Shown here: positions 25,306-34,620 of the stretch, piece by piece
Numbering within the stretch: the first letter of the stretch is position 1
Layout: every line of letters starts with the position of its first letter
Origin: Sedimenticola sp.
GTDB taxonomy: Bacteria; Pseudomonadota; Gammaproteobacteria; Chromatiales; Chromatiaceae
NCBI GenBank assembly: GCA_027068675.1
Contig: JAMOMH010000067.1
Location: forward strand, 1 to 37,254
Direction: 5' to 3'
Length of the DNA: 37,254 bases
The notes under the pieces: model-generated
Told to the model about the DNA's origin: nothing
What the model saw: the letters and a program-made list of their open reading frames with translations, nothing else
Databases searched by the model: none
Translations under genes and position numbers: made by a program

Positions 25306-25338
25306 CCCTTGAAATATCATTCATCTGCCACCACCTTT
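25306..25338 (+). promoter_or_regulatory. Candidate sigma-32 heat-shock promoter of htpG
   Basis: CCCTTGAA (25306-25313) matches the sigma-32 -35 consensus exactly. CCACCTTT (25331-25338) is a partial match to CCCCATNT at 17-nt spacing. Located about 110 nt upstream of htpG. Confidence 0.4.
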
Positions 25339-25449
25339 GGTGCCAACTGCCTCTGCCACAATGGGTGAGGTGAACTTAGTGAAAGCTCTCGGTTAGAATA
25401 CCCAGCTTTTATATTTTTTTAGACGATTTTTTAGGATTAGGTGAGTTAT

Positions 25450-27375
25450 ATGAGTGTTGAGTCCCATAAAGAGACTATGCAATTTCAAGCTGAGGTGAGT
25501 CAGGTACTGAATCTTGTTATTCGCTCTCTCTATAGTAATAAAGAGATCTTTATGCGTGAGCTGATCTCAAACGCATCAGATGCCGCAGAGAAACTTCGTT
25601 TCGAAGCGTTGACAGACGAAGCACTGTACGAAGATACCCCTGATCTACGCATTCGTGTCGAATTAGATAAAGAGGCCGGTACCATTACCATCTCTGACAA
25701 TGGCATCGGCATGAGCCGCCAGGAAGTGAGCGATACCATCGGCACCATCGCTAGCTCTGGCACCCGTAAATTTCTCGACTCAATGACGGGTGATCAGAGC
25801 AAAGATAGCCAACTCATCGGTCAGTTTGGTGTCGGTTTCTACTCCGCATTTATCGTCGCTGATAAAATCACTCTAAGAACTCGTCGTGCCGGACTTGGCT
25901 CTGAGCATGGTGTACGCTGGGAATCTGACGGTGAAGGCTCCTACACTATCGAGACTATCGACAAAGCTGAACGCGGCACAGAGATCACTCTGCACTTGCG
26001 TGAAGATGACAAAGAGTTTGCAGAAGCCTATCGCTTGCGTTCAATTATCGGCAAATTCTCTGAGCATATCGCCATGCCGATTGAGATGCTGAAAGAGGTC
26101 TATGCTGAAGAGCCCAAAGAGGGTGAAGAGAAGGCTGAGACCCCAGCACCTGAATTTGAACAGGTCAACAAAGGCCAGGCGCTCTGGATGCGTGCTAAAT
26201 CTGAGATCAGTGATGAGGAGTATAGCGACTTCTACAAACTGATCTCACACGATTTTGAAGAGCCTCTGGCTCACGCCCACAACCGAGTTGAGGGCAGCAA
26301 CGAATACAGCGCACTACTTTTCATTCCTAAACGGGCGCCATACGATATGTGGGAGCGCGAACAGAAACATGGTGTAAAACTCTATGTTCGTCGCGTATTC
26401 ATCATGGATGAAGCTGATAAGCTGATGCCAAATTACCTGCGTTTCGTCAAAGGTATTATTGATGCAGATGATCTGCCATTAAATGTTTCACGCGAGATTC
26501 TGCAACATAACCGCAAGATCGACACCATTCGCAACGCCAACACCAAGCGTATTCTCAAACTGCTTGAGAAGATGGCAAAAAATGAGCCCGACAAGTACGC
26601 TGAGTTCTGGGAGCAGTTTGGTAAAGTGCTCAAAGAGGGGCCAACCGAGGATATGCCCAACAAGGAGAAGATCGCAGCACTGCTCCGTTTTGCCTCTACA
26701 CATAATGAAACCGATATGCAGAACGTGTCGCTCGATGACTATCTTGAGCGGATGACTGAAGGGCAAGATAAGATCTACTACATCACTGCCGATTCACAAG
26801 CGGCTGCCCGCCACAGCCCGCACCTTGAGATCCTGAAGAAAAAGGGCATCGAGGTGCTACTGCTCTCTGATCGCGTTGATGAATGGATGATCTCTGGCCT
26901 GACTGAGTACAAAGGAAAAACACTACAGTCAGTCAGTAAAGGTGAACTTGATCTAGGCGAGCTGGAAGACAAAGATGAGAAAGAGCAGCAGGAGAAAGCT
27001 GCAGAGGCCCATCAAGGTCTAGTCGACCGTTTCAAAGAGAAACTAGGTGACCTGGTTAAAGATGTACGCATCAGCCATCGCTTAACCGACTCCCCTACCT
27101 GCCTGGTTGTTGAAGAGCATGACATGAGCGCCAACCTATCCCGCGTTCTAAAACAGTTTGGTCAGGATGCGCCTGATGCCAAACCGATCATGGAGATCAA
27201 CGCCGAGCACCCTTTAGTTCAGCACATTGACACTGAACAGGATGAGGATCGCTTTAACGACATGGCACGCGTACTATTTGATCAAGCGCTTTTAGCTGAA
27301 GGCGGTCAGTTAGATGATCCTGCTAGTTTCGTGCGGCGTATGAATAGCCTGATGTTACAGATGGCTAAAGGTTAA
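25450..27375 (+). CDS. htpG: Molecular chaperone HtpG (Hsp90)
   Basis: [19 protein letters not shown] and the GHKL ATPase motifs; collinear with E. coli HtpG. ATG 25450 is preferred because the track's GTG 25441 is part of the AGGTGAG Shine-Dalgarno sequence. Confidence 0.95.
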   Translation: MSVESHKETMQFQAEVSQVLNLVIRSLYSNKEIFMRELISNASDAAEKLRFEALTDEALYEDTPDLRIRVELDKEAGTITISDNGIGMSRQEVSDTIGTIASSGTRKFLDSMTGDQSKDSQLIGQFGVGFYSAFIVADKITLRTRRAGLGSEHGVRWESDGEGSYTIETIDKAERGTEITLHLREDDKEFAEAYRLRSIIGKFSEHIAMPIEMLKEVYAEEPKEGEEKAETPAPEFEQVNKGQALWMRAKSEISDEEYSDFYKLISHDFEEPLAHAHNRVEGSNEYSALLFIPKRAPYDMWEREQKHGVKLYVRRVFIMDEADKLMPNYLRFVKGIIDADDLPLNVSREILQHNRKIDTIRNANTKRILKLLEKMAKNEPDKYAEFWEQFGKVLKEGPTEDMPNKEKIAALLRFASTHNETDMQNVSLDDYLERMTEGQDKIYYITADSQAAARHSPHLEILKKKGIEVLLLSDRVDEWMISGLTEYKGKTLQSVSKGELDLGELEDKDEKEQQEKAAEAHQGLVDRFKEKLGDLVKDVRISHRLTDSPTCLVVEEHDMSANLSRVLKQFGQDAPDAKPIMEINAEHPLVQHIDTEQDEDRFNDMARVLFDQALLAEGGQLDDPASFVRRMNSLMLQMAKG

Positions 27376-27390
27376 TATCCAATGGGAATG

Positions 27391-27414
27391 GTAGAGCGGC
27401 TGCGGCCGCTCTAC
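27391..27414 (+). other. GC-rich hairpin between htpG and adk (no U-tract)
   Basis: Perfect 10-bp stem GTAGAGCGGC / GCCGCTCTAC with a 4-nt loop, followed by CTCCTCC rather than a T-run. Possibly an mRNA-stabilising or attenuating structure rather than a terminator. Confidence 0.4.
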
Positions 27415-27442
27415 TCCTCCAAACACAACAGCGGAGAGAGCA

Positions 27443-28102
27443 ATGCGAGTTATTCTTCTGGGCGGCCCAGGTGCTGGCAAGGGAACCCAAGCTAGCTATA
27501 TCAAAGAGAAGTACCAAATCCCACAGATCTCAACCGGCGATATGCTTCGCGCTCATGTCAAATCAGGCAGTGCATTGGGTGTGGCTGCCAAGAAAATTAT
27601 GGATGAAGGTGGGCTGGTTTCAGATGAGATCATCATGAACATGGTCAAAGAACGCATCCTTGATGACGACTGTAAAAATGGCTTTCTATTTGATGGCTTC
27701 CCTCGCACAATTCCTCAGGCCGAAGCACTTGCGGCGGCTGGTGTCTCAATCGACGCTATTATCGAGATCGATGTGCCCGATGAAGAGATTATCAAACGTA
27801 TGTCAGGTCGTCGCGTACACCTAGCATCAGGCCGTACCTACCATGTTGTCTTTAATCCGCCTAAAGAGGCTGGCAAAGACAATGAAACAGGTGAGGCACT
27901 TATTCAGCGTGATGATGACCAGGAAGATACCGTACGTGCCCGTCTTAAGGTCTATCATGATCAGACAAAACCGCTAGTTGGTTTCTATGTAAAACAGTCA
28001 GAATCGGGAGCTGAAGATGCACCAAGCTACCACAAAATCAGCGGTGTAGGCGGTGTCGAAGATATTAAGCGTTCGATTTTTGAAGCACTAGGGAAACTCT
28101 GA
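27443..28102 (+). CDS. adk: Adenylate kinase
   Basis: P-loop [10 protein letters not shown] and a LID region; collinear with Adk. The last four codons and the stop lie inside the terminal repeat of MITE copy D. Confidence 0.95.
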   Translation: MRVILLGGPGAGKGTQASYIKEKYQIPQISTGDMLRAHVKSGSALGVAAKKIMDEGGLVSDEIIMNMVKERILDDDCKNGFLFDGFPRTIPQAEALAAAGVSIDAIIEIDVPDEEIIKRMSGRRVHLASGRTYHVVFNPPKEAGKDNETGEALIQRDDDQEDTVRARLKVYHDQTKPLVGFYVKQSESGAEDAPSYHKISGVGGVEDIKRSIFEALGKL

Positions 28103-28188
28103 ACGAGTCTGGTTGTACTAAAGCATAAAGTTCGCTAAAGCTCAGCTAAAATTTAGGCTGAGATGAAATTGTTCAGAGCTTCCTCAGG
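28089..28188. mobile_element. MITE-like repeat, copy D
   Basis: Left TIR GGGAAACTCT (28091-28100, 9/10 match to copy A). The interior is nearly identical to the reverse complement of copy B's right half. Right TIR AGAGCTTCCT (28175-28184). Confidence 0.8.
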
Positions 28189-28202
28189 ATAACCGATCAA
28201 AC

Positions 28203-28231
28203 GTGGTGAGGCAGTCTATTTGCCTCGCCAC
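28203..28231 (-). terminator. Hairpin downstream of crp (weak terminator candidate)
   Basis: 11-bp stem GTGGTGAGGCA / TGCCTCGCCAC (one G-U pair), 7-nt loop. On the - strand it is followed by GTTTGAT only. Confidence 0.4.
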
Positions 28232-28266
28232 AAAGTGATTACCAAGTACATTTCAACAAGTAGTTA

Positions 28267-28920
28267 CTAACGGGTTCCAAACACCACAATTGTCTTACCT
28301 TTAACACCTACCATCCCCTCCTCCTCTAGAGTCTTGAGTACGCGCCCCGCCATCTCGCGGGAACAACCAACAATACGACCCAACTCCTGTCGAGTAACCC
28401 GAATCTGCATGCCATCTGGATGAGTCATCGCATCAGGCTGCTTGCAGAGATCAAGCAAGGTATGAGCAATACGCCCTGAGACATCCAAAAAAGCCAAATC
28501 TTGTACTTTACGGCTAGTCGCCAAGACACGCTGGGTCAACTGTTTACCAATCGCGTAGAGGATATCTTTGGCATGCTCCTTTAGCTCGGTATTGAATAGC
28601 TGTTCCAAGCGTTTATAGCTGATTTCAGCGATCTGACAATCAGTACGGGTTCGCACCATCACGCTACGTGTTGGCTCGACAATAAATATGCCCATCTCGC
28701 CAATAAACTCCCCCTTATTCAGGTAAGAGAGAATAATTTCACGCCCATCTTGATCTTCAGCAAAAACGGCCACGGAACCTTCAACAAGGAAATAGAGTAC
28801 ATCAGCTGGATCACCGTAGCGGATAATTTCAGTGTTCTTGGGATAACGGCGTCGATGACAAAAAGTCAAAAAATGCTGTAGATATTCTGGCTCGGCTTGA
28901 GGTGGTTGTATAAGTGTCAT
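28267..28920 (-). CDS. crp: cAMP receptor protein (CRP/Vfr family global regulator)
   Basis: Collinear with E. coli CRP through to the C-terminal HGKTIVVFGTR-type end. cAMP-contact residues are retained (IGE, RS, TS) and so is the HTH (RQELGRIVGCSREMAGRVLK). Divergent from a yhfA-like gene, as in E. coli. Confidence 0.9.
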   Translation of the reverse strand: MTLIQPPQAEPEYLQHFLTFCHRRRYPKNTEIIRYGDPADVLYFLVEGSVAVFAEDQDGREIILSYLNKGEFIGEMGIFIVEPTRSVMVRTRTDCQIAEISYKRLEQLFNTELKEHAKDILYAIGKQLTQRVLATSRKVQDLAFLDVSGRIAHTLLDLCKQPDAMTHPDGMQIRVTRQELGRIVGCSREMAGRVLKTLEEEGMVGVKGKTIVVFGTR

Positions 28921-29025
28921 GTCAGTATTCGCGTAGTTGGCCCATATCTCTTTAATGTTAGGCTAGCTTATACCTCTTGTCGATCTATGCTAGTCTCCGG
29001 CACAAAATAAAGTTGGGGGGATGTG

Positions 29026-29451
29026 ATGAAAGCACGAATAAAATGGGCCGACAACGCCATGATGATCGCCGAGTCTGGCAGTGGCCACGCCATTGTGATG
29101 GATGGGCCACCTGATCACGGTGGACGTAATATGGGGCCTCGCCCAATGGAGATGTTACTACTCGGCATGGGCGGCTGTACCGAGTTTGATGTACTACACA
29201 TTTTGAAAAAGTGTCGTCAACCCGTCACTGGCTGCATCGTTGAGATTGAAGCAGAACGCTCAGAGGAGGAGCCAAAAATTTTTACCAAAATACATTGCCA
29301 CTTCATCATAACAGGCAACGATCTCAGCGAGAAACATGTTGCTCGTGCAATTAGTCTGAGTGCCGAAAAGTACTGCTCCGCCTCAATCATGTTGGGTAAA
29401 ACAGCTGAGATCACTCATGACTACGAGATCATCAACAGCAGCCGCCGCTAA
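29026..29451 (+). CDS. yhfA: OsmC/YhfA family protein
   Basis: MKARIKWADN...SGHAIVMDG...PMEMLLLGMGGCT...LSAEKYCSAS is collinear with E. coli YhfA. ATG 29026 lies 5 nt after GGGGGG. The track's GTG 29023 is too close to the SD. Confidence 0.8.
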   Translation: MKARIKWADNAMMIAESGSGHAIVMDGPPDHGGRNMGPRPMEMLLLGMGGCTEFDVLHILKKCRQPVTGCIVEIEAERSEEEPKIFTKIHCHFIITGNDLSEKHVARAISLSAEKYCSASIMLGKTAEITHDYEIINSSRR

Positions 29452-29496
29452 TTAACCTCAAAGCCACCTGACTATATTGATTATTCTTCTCTCAGG

Positions 29497-29569
29497 CCAC
29501 TCACTTCGAAACAAATTGGGGCAATCTCAGCCCGTATAAAACAATCATGACTTATTCAGAGATTCCTAA
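29497..29569. mobile_element. MITE-like repeat, copy E (half element containing one palindrome arm)
   Basis: Matches the reverse complement of copy B's left half (cttcgaaacaaattgggGCAAT...taaaacaatcatgacttattcagagattcc). It ends ...ATTCC + TAA (29567-29569). The glcF stop codon (29566-29568) straddles the junction. Confidence 0.8.
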
Positions 29570-30795
29570 CTCTGAGTTGATTTAAATTGGCGAGCAAGCA
29601 GCTGAAGAGGGTGTAACACCTCAATATCTAAACCCGCCTCTCGAAAACCAGATCTAAATTGAAGCGCGCAGCCGGTATTACTGGTTACCAAAATATCAGG
29701 CCGCAGCCTTTTCACTGCATCTATCTTTATTGACTGTAAACGCTGTGAATTTTCTGCCTGAGTAAACATATAGCTGCCAGCCGCCCCACAACAGAGTCGG
29801 TCTTCACCAAAGGTGACCTGTCGCAACTGTGGGATTCTTTCCAGCAATCGGGGCACCGCCTGCAGATCAAAGCGTCCATAAAACATCGAACAGGGCTCAT
29901 GAATAAGCACACGAGCCTTTAAAGGTTTCAGCTCATCTGGCCAGTCCAACTGTGCAAGATAGTCACCAATCTCCCTCACTGGCTGAGCAAAACCACCCTG
30001 CTCTGCCAGCTCTGCACCACAACCAGAAGCGATAGTGAGCAGAGCATCAAATGAAACATCTGAGAGATCTTGCCTATTCTGCATCATGAGATTATCCGCC
30101 GAGTCACAATCCCCCATGTGACGATGCATCGCACCACAACACCCCTGCTTCTTAGGCAGCACTACATCACAACCAAGGTGACTCAACACCACCTCTGCCG
30201 CTTGCAGCACCTCCCGCTCAAACAGCTGGCTGACACAGCCAGTAAAGAGCATCACACGACGCCGTTTGACCAAGGTATCGACACAGGGCAATTGCCACTC
30301 TTCTGTTATCACCATGGGAGGCGGCAACATCGCCTCCATCCGCTTTAGCCTACTTGGCAGATAGTTGTGCAGTAGGGATGAGATTGAACTTATTTGATAA
30401 CGATGTACTAGCGGAGCAATAAAAGAAAGGGACCGCCGACTCGATAGTAAATCAGCAAGCAAGCGTAATTTGAAACGCCTCCACCAACCCAATGATGACC
30501 ATCGTCTCGCACGTACACCATCCATCAAAGCACCATACCTCACACCAGATGGACAGGCCCCTTCACATGAGCGACACATCAGGCAGCTGTCTAAATGTTG
30601 GTTAAACAAGCGGCTGTCAGCAAGGCCACCCTGTAGCCACGCCTGCATCAGCGCAATTCGACCACGCGGAGAGACCGCTTCATTCTGGCTCAACTGGTAG
30701 GTAGGACAGCAGGGTAGACAGAGAGCACATTTTACACAGCGATCGGCCTCATCAATAAGCTGATTAATAGCCAACGAACATCCTGGGTTTACCAT
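29566..30795 (-). CDS. glcF: Glycolate oxidase iron-sulfur subunit-like (Fe-S)-binding protein with two CCG domains
   Basis: Two 4Fe-4S ferredoxin motifs (CVKCALCLPCCP, CLMCRSCEGACP) and two CCG motifs (GCCGAMH, LCCGAAGS). No glcD or glcE is adjacent. Confidence 0.8.
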   Translation of the reverse strand: MVNPGCSLAINQLIDEADRCVKCALCLPCCPTYQLSQNEAVSPRGRIALMQAWLQGGLADSRLFNQHLDSCLMCRSCEGACPSGVRYGALMDGVRARRWSSLGWWRRFKLRLLADLLSSRRSLSFIAPLVHRYQISSISSLLHNYLPSRLKRMEAMLPPPMVITEEWQLPCVDTLVKRRRVMLFTGCVSQLFEREVLQAAEVVLSHLGCDVVLPKKQGCCGAMHRHMGDCDSADNLMMQNRQDLSDVSFDALLTIASGCGAELAEQGGFAQPVREIGDYLAQLDWPDELKPLKARVLIHEPCSMFYGRFDLQAVPRLLERIPQLRQVTFGEDRLCCGAAGSYMFTQAENSQRLQSIKIDAVKRLRPDILVTSNTGCALQFRSGFREAGLDIEVLHPLQLLARQFKSTQS

Positions 30796-31029
30796 ATTTT
30801 AAGGTGCATCTAATCGAATTTAAGGGGGTGTTATTACAAAACACTCAACTCCAACCCCTATTTTGCCAGAGATTTAGCATCAAAATAACAGCCAAAACAT
30901 AAAAACATCTAGCGAATCAGTCTTTAAACAGTCGAACCACCCAACATAAAACATAGGGTTTTCACTAGATGTGCTAAATACATTTCCAAGACAAATGTTG
31001 ACATAGATCACATTTTGATCAAAAATATA

Positions 31030-31125
31030 CTTGCTTAACTTGTTTTTTGGCAAGTTTGCTATCCTCCATCCTCCTTTGGTGGTTTTATAAAGGGCGTAGC
31101 ACCTCGCTACGCCCTTTCTTTTTTT
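31030..31125 (+). ncRNA. Candidate orphan small RNA (about 95 nt) with CCUCC motifs
   Basis: TTGACA (30998-31003), then 17 nt, then AAAAAT (31021-26). No ORF follows. There is a small hairpin AACTTG/CAAGTT (31037-31056), an unpaired CCTCCATCCTCC (31063-31074), an A/U-rich spacer, and a strong terminator. It lies upstream of, and separate from, the rplM promoter. Confidence 0.3.
31089..31125 (+). terminator. Strong Rho-independent terminator with no upstream coding gene on its strand
   Basis: Stem AAAGGGCGTAGC / GCTACGCCCTTT (9 GC-rich core bp plus A-T extension), 5-nt loop, then TTTCTTTTTTT. The reverse orientation lacks a comparable U-tract. Confidence 0.75.
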
Positions 31126-31146
31126 GAAAAAACAGCACAAGTCCAC

Positions 31147-31175
31147 TTGATCATCCGGACTCGCTCCTGTAAAAT
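31147..31175 (+). promoter_or_regulatory. Sigma-70 promoter of rplM-rpsI
   Basis: TTGATC (31147-31152), 17-nt spacer, TAAAAT (31170-31175). About 50 nt upstream of the rplM ATG. Confidence 0.55.
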
Positions 31176-31226
31176 CCGCGCTCTTTTGAAATTCTTTTGA
31201 ACCGTTCCCCTTTGGAGCAACCGTAC

Positions 31227-31655
31227 ATGACTACTGTAAGCGCAAAACCGGCTGAAGTGCGTCGCGAATGGCTTCTCGTAAACGCAGAAGACAAAACGCT
31301 TGGACGCCTAGCCACCGAAATCGCGAGACGCTTGCGCGGCAAACATAAGCCCGAATACACACCGCATGTTGATACTGGCGACTATATTGTCGTTGTGAAC
31401 GCTGAGAAAATCCGCGTTACCGGTAACAAGATGAAAGACAAGATGTACCATCACCATACTGGTTATATTGGTAACCTTAAGTCAATTAACCTTGAAAAAC
31501 TGCTTCAGAAAGCTCCAGAGCGTGTTATTCAGTCTGCTGTAAAAGGCATGCTACCTAAAAACCCGCTCGGCCGTGCAATGTTTAAAAAACTGCGTGTTTA
31601 CGCAGGCCCAGAACATGAGCACCAAGCACAACAGCCTAAAGAGCTGGAAATCTAG
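31227..31655 (+). CDS. rplM: 50S ribosomal protein L13
   Basis: [53 protein letters not shown]... is collinear with E. coli L13 (142 aa). GGAG lies 10 nt upstream of ATG 31227. Track start 31197 adds 10 non-homologous residues. Confidence 0.95.
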   Translation: MTTVSAKPAEVRREWLLVNAEDKTLGRLATEIARRLRGKHKPEYTPHVDTGDYIVVVNAEKIRVTGNKMKDKMYHHHTGYIGNLKSINLEKLLQKAPERVIQSAVKGMLPKNPLGRAMFKKLRVYAGPEHEHQAQQPKELEI

Positions 31656-31682
31656 ACAATCACTTAACGGATAGCATTTAAG

Positions 31683-32072
31683 ATGTCAGAGACTCATTAC
31701 GCAACCGGTCGACGCAAAACTTCATCAGCTCGCGTCTACCTCACTACAGGCAGCGGTAAAATTGTTGTCAACAATCGCCCACTGGACACCTTCTTTGGAC
31801 GCGAAACTGCTCGAATGGTTGTTCGTCAGCCACTAGAAACAGTCGAGCTTCTTGAAAAGATCGATATCAAAGTCACCGTCGCGGGTGGCGGCACAACAGG
31901 CCAGGCGGGTGCCATCCGCCACGGTATCGCTCGCGCCCTCACCGCATATGATGAGTCTCTGCGTAGCAGCCTACGTAAAGCTGGCTTTCTTACCCGTGAT
32001 GCCCGTGCGGTTGAACGTAAGAAAGTGGGCCTACATAAAGCACGTAAGCGTCCTCAGTTCTCAAAACGCTAA
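31683..32072 (+). CDS. rpsI: 30S ribosomal protein S9
   Basis: [15 protein letters not shown]...[19 protein letters not shown]...[17 protein letters not shown] is canonical S9. Confidence 0.95.
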   Translation: MSETHYATGRRKTSSARVYLTTGSGKIVVNNRPLDTFFGRETARMVVRQPLETVELLEKIDIKVTVAGGGTTGQAGAIRHGIARALTAYDESLRSSLRKAGFLTRDARAVERKKVGLHKARKRPQFSKR

Positions 32073-32111
32073 TATGCTGGGCTGCTCAGCAGCCTAATCG
32101 TAAGGCGTTAT

Positions 32112-32185
32112 TGGGGAATCGTCTAACGGCAGGACAACGGACTCTGACTCCGTCAATCAAGGTTCGAATCCTTGTTCCCCAGCCA
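32112..32185 (+). tRNA. tRNA-Gln (anticodon CTG), CCA encoded
   Basis: The cloverleaf folds by hand: acceptor TGGGGAA/TTCCCCA, D arm GTCT/AGGA(C), anticodon stem ACGGA/TCCGT with loop CTCTGAC, T arm CAAGG-TTCGAAT-CCTTG, discriminator G, CCA. The 5' and 3' ends resemble E. coli tRNA-Gln. Confidence 0.9.
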
Positions 32186-32190
32186 CATAC

Positions 32191-32218
32191 AAAAATGCCC
32201 GCTGATGCGGGCATTTTC
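32191..32218. terminator. Bidirectional Rho-independent terminator (rpsI/tRNA-Gln and convergent rpoS)
   Basis: Stem ATGCCCGC / GCGGGCAT (32195-32214), 4-nt loop, flanked by AAAA upstream and TTTT downstream. Confidence 0.8.
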
Positions 32219-32274
32219 GTTGGCTGATAAATAAGCTGTTTTCAGATCAAATAAGAGAGCCGATAGTCTCTCCA

Positions 32275-33222
32275 CTATTTAAAAATAGCATCGACTGAAA
32301 AACCATCACGCTCAAGAATCTCACGCAACCGTCGCAAGGCATCCATCTGAATCTGGCGTACACGTTCACGCGTCACACCCAACTCATTTGCCACCTGCTC
32401 AAGCGTTGAGTTTTCATAACCGTGAAGACCAAAACGACGCTCTACAACCTCTTTTTGCTTATCATTAAGCTTTTCCAACCAGACATCAATATTGGCATTT
32501 AGACCTGCATTTTGAATACCAATTGCTGGATCCATCGCATGTTCATCTGCAATCGTGTCAAGAAGCGGTTTATCCGCATCTTTACCGTAAGGCGTATCAA
32601 CTGAGGTCACTCGCTCATTTAGGCCAAGCATACGCTTCACCTCTTTGATCGGTTTGTCGAGCAGCTCTGCAACCTCTTCTGAGGTTGGCTCATGGTCTAG
32701 GCTTTGAGATAGCTCACGCGTAGCACGTAGGTAGACATTGATCTCTTTTACTACATGAATAGGTAAGCGGATGGTACGTGTTTGGTTCATAATGGCGCGT
32801 TCAATCGTCTGACGAATCCACCATGTCGCATAAGTTGAGAAACGGAAACCGCGTTCAGGATCAAATTTTTCAACCGCTCTAATGAGGCCTAAGTTGCCCT
32901 CTTCAATCAGGTCAAGCAGTGCCAAACCTCGGTTCATGTAACGACGTGCAATCTTCACCACTAGGCGCAGATTGCTCTCAATCATTCTTGCTCTCGCCGC
33001 CTGATCACCTTTTTGCGCACGCCGGGAGAGGTCTACCTCCTCTTGTGCCGTGAGCAGTTTGGAGATGCCTATCTCATTAAGATAGAGGCGAGTCGCATCC
33101 ATCTGAGCATCGGATGCATCAGCACGAGATTTAGCTGCTGGCTTTTTCTTGTCTGGGTTATCACCTTTACCCACCAAGATCTCCTCCACGCCCTTTTCCT
33201 CTATATCCTTTATTTCAGCCAT
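32275..33222 (-). CDS. rpoS: RNA polymerase sigma factor RpoS (sigma-38)
   Basis: Sigma-70 family regions 1.2-4.2 ([67 protein letters not shown]). Located immediately downstream of nlpD, as in other gammaproteobacteria. Confidence 0.9.
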   Translation of the reverse strand: MAEIKDIEEKGVEEILVGKGDNPDKKKPAAKSRADASDAQMDATRLYLNEIGISKLLTAQEEVDLSRRAQKGDQAARARMIESNLRLVVKIARRYMNRGLALLDLIEEGNLGLIRAVEKFDPERGFRFSTYATWWIRQTIERAIMNQTRTIRLPIHVVKEINVYLRATRELSQSLDHEPTSEEVAELLDKPIKEVKRMLGLNERVTSVDTPYGKDADKPLLDTIADEHAMDPAIGIQNAGLNANIDVWLEKLNDKQKEVVERRFGLHGYENSTLEQVANELGVTRERVRQIQMDALRRLREILERDGFSVDAIFK

Positions 33223-33250
33223 TTACTGCAACTCCTATAAAACCTTTACA

Positions 33251-34033
33251 TTATCTGCGTTTTGGCAAAAAGATTTGCGGATCCACTGGCTTGCCATTTT
33301 TTCTAATCTCAAAATGTAGCGCCGGTTTTTTACTATCTGGCGCTATTCCCATCTCAGAAATAAGCGTGCCCTTTGAAACATACATCCCCTCTTTTACAAA
33401 TACGCGTCTGTTGTGTGCATAGGCACTTAGGTAGGTGGGGCTGTGCTTAATAATAACAAGATTCCCATAACCAACCAGGCCGCTACCGCTATAAACCACT
33501 CTACCTGATTCAGCGGCTGTAATACGCTGACCATCTCTGCCTGCAATTCTAATGCCTTGCCGTTGATGATCCGTTTTAGAATAATTACGTACTACTAACC
33601 CTATGGTCGGCCAGTTCCAGCGTAACTTTAGCTGTTTTGGTAAAACAGCTACCTTTTGTTTGCTCGGTCTCTTTATTTTAGTTTTTTCTGTTGGGGATGG
33701 CCTGCTTTTGTTAGATGGTATTGTCTTTTTAATCGGGTGTTTAGGTGGTTTAAGACGCAATTTCTGCCCAGGAAAAATAGGGTATCCCGGCCCAGCCACG
33801 CCATTCCAGGCGGCTAATTTGTGATAATCAAGATTTGCACGCCACGCGATCGAATAGAGCGTCTCCCCTTTTTGAACCGTATGTTGGCGTTTAAAACGGT
33901 CTCCCTTTGCAGGGAAAGAGTGATTTTCAATGGGTATAACACGGCTTGAACTACAGCCGCTCATGAGTAAAACGGCAAAAAGAAGCAACAGATAGGGGAG
34001 CAGATTTAGCAGCTGCCTGAACAGTTGAGGCAT
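33251..34033 (-). CDS. nlpD: Murein hydrolase activator NlpD (LysM + M23 peptidase-like lipoprotein)
   Basis: Lipobox LMSGC, LysM (HTVQKGETLYSIAWRANLDYHKLAAWNG), Pro/Lys-rich linker, M23 domain (GIRIAG...GYGNLVIIKH...YAHN). Confidence 0.9.
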   Translation of the reverse strand: MPQLFRQLLNLLPYLLLLFAVLLMSGCSSSRVIPIENHSFPAKGDRFKRQHTVQKGETLYSIAWRANLDYHKLAAWNGVAGPGYPIFPGQKLRLKPPKHPIKKTIPSNKSRPSPTEKTKIKRPSKQKVAVLPKQLKLRWNWPTIGLVVRNYSKTDHQRQGIRIAGRDGQRITAAESGRVVYSGSGLVGYGNLVIIKHSPTYLSAYAHNRRVFVKEGMYVSKGTLISEMGIAPDSKKPALHFEIRKNGKPVDPQIFLPKRR

Positions 34034-34041
34034 GAGTATGC

Positions 34042-34620
34042 TTACAGCTTAAAGATTAAGAGTAGAACTACGACTATCACCACGACCAACCAACCAATAC
34101 GATCCATATATTTACCAAGCAGCGCCTCCATACGTTCGCCACCCCAAGCCATTAGTGCAGCAACGAGGAAGAAGCGACACCCTCGCCCAACCAGCGATGC
34201 AATCGTGAACGGTAACAACGCCATTGAGACTGCACCGGCACTGATAGTGAAGACTTTGTAAGGGATCGGCGAAAAACCAGCGATAAAAATAGCCCAAACA
34301 CCCCACTCATCAAACCAGGATTTTGCGGTTAGGTAGTGCCCCCAATAACCTCGACTATGTAACAGTGGTTCCACCTGATCAAACGCAAACAGGCCAATAG
34401 TGTAACCAAGCAACCCACCCATAACAGATGCAACAGTGGTTAAAAGTGCTAACTGCCATGCTCGCTTGGGTTTTGCCAGTGACATCGGCGCTAACATCAC
34501 ATCGGGAGGGATAGGGAAGAAAGAGGATTCGGCAAAACTCAGGCCTGCTAGATAGCCAGGTGCGTACCGATGGCGCGACCACTGCATCACTTTTTCATAG
34601 AGGGATGAGAAGAGCCGCAT
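34042..34620 (-). CDS. yqaA: YqaA family (DedA/SNARE-associated-like) inner-membrane protein
   Basis: The N-terminus ...WSRHRYAPGYLAGLSFAESSFFPIPPDVML and several TM helices match YqaA. The start overlaps the pcm stop in TAATG. Confidence 0.8.
   Translation of the reverse strand: MRLFSSLYEKVMQWSRHRYAPGYLAGLSFAESSFFPIPPDVMLAPMSLAKPKRAWQLALLTTVASVMGGLLGYTIGLFAFDQVEPLLHSRGYWGHYLTAKSWFDEWGVWAIFIAGFSPIPYKVFTISAGAVSMALLPFTIASLVGRGCRFFLVAALMAWGGERMEALLGKYMDRIGWLVVVIVVVLLLIFKL

Noticed and set aside
28267-28920. CRP homologue as a Clp-like c-di-GMP effector of the DSF pathway
   Set aside because: It keeps the cAMP-contact residues (Glu in IGE, Arg-Ser, Thr-Ser). It is near-collinear with E. coli CRP and sits next to yhfA as in enterics, so an ordinary cAMP-CRP is the simpler reading.
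30880-31146. 88-aa ORF on the - strand between glcF and rplM
   Set aside because: It has odd Cys/Phe/Lys-rich composition and no SD. It spans the + strand promoter/terminator unit and the AT-rich intergenic region, so it is most likely non-coding.
32112-32274. tRNA-Gln as an integration site for a genomic island
   Set aside because: No integrase, and no duplicated tRNA 3' end that I could see. The flanking genes (rpsI, rpoS) are core genes.
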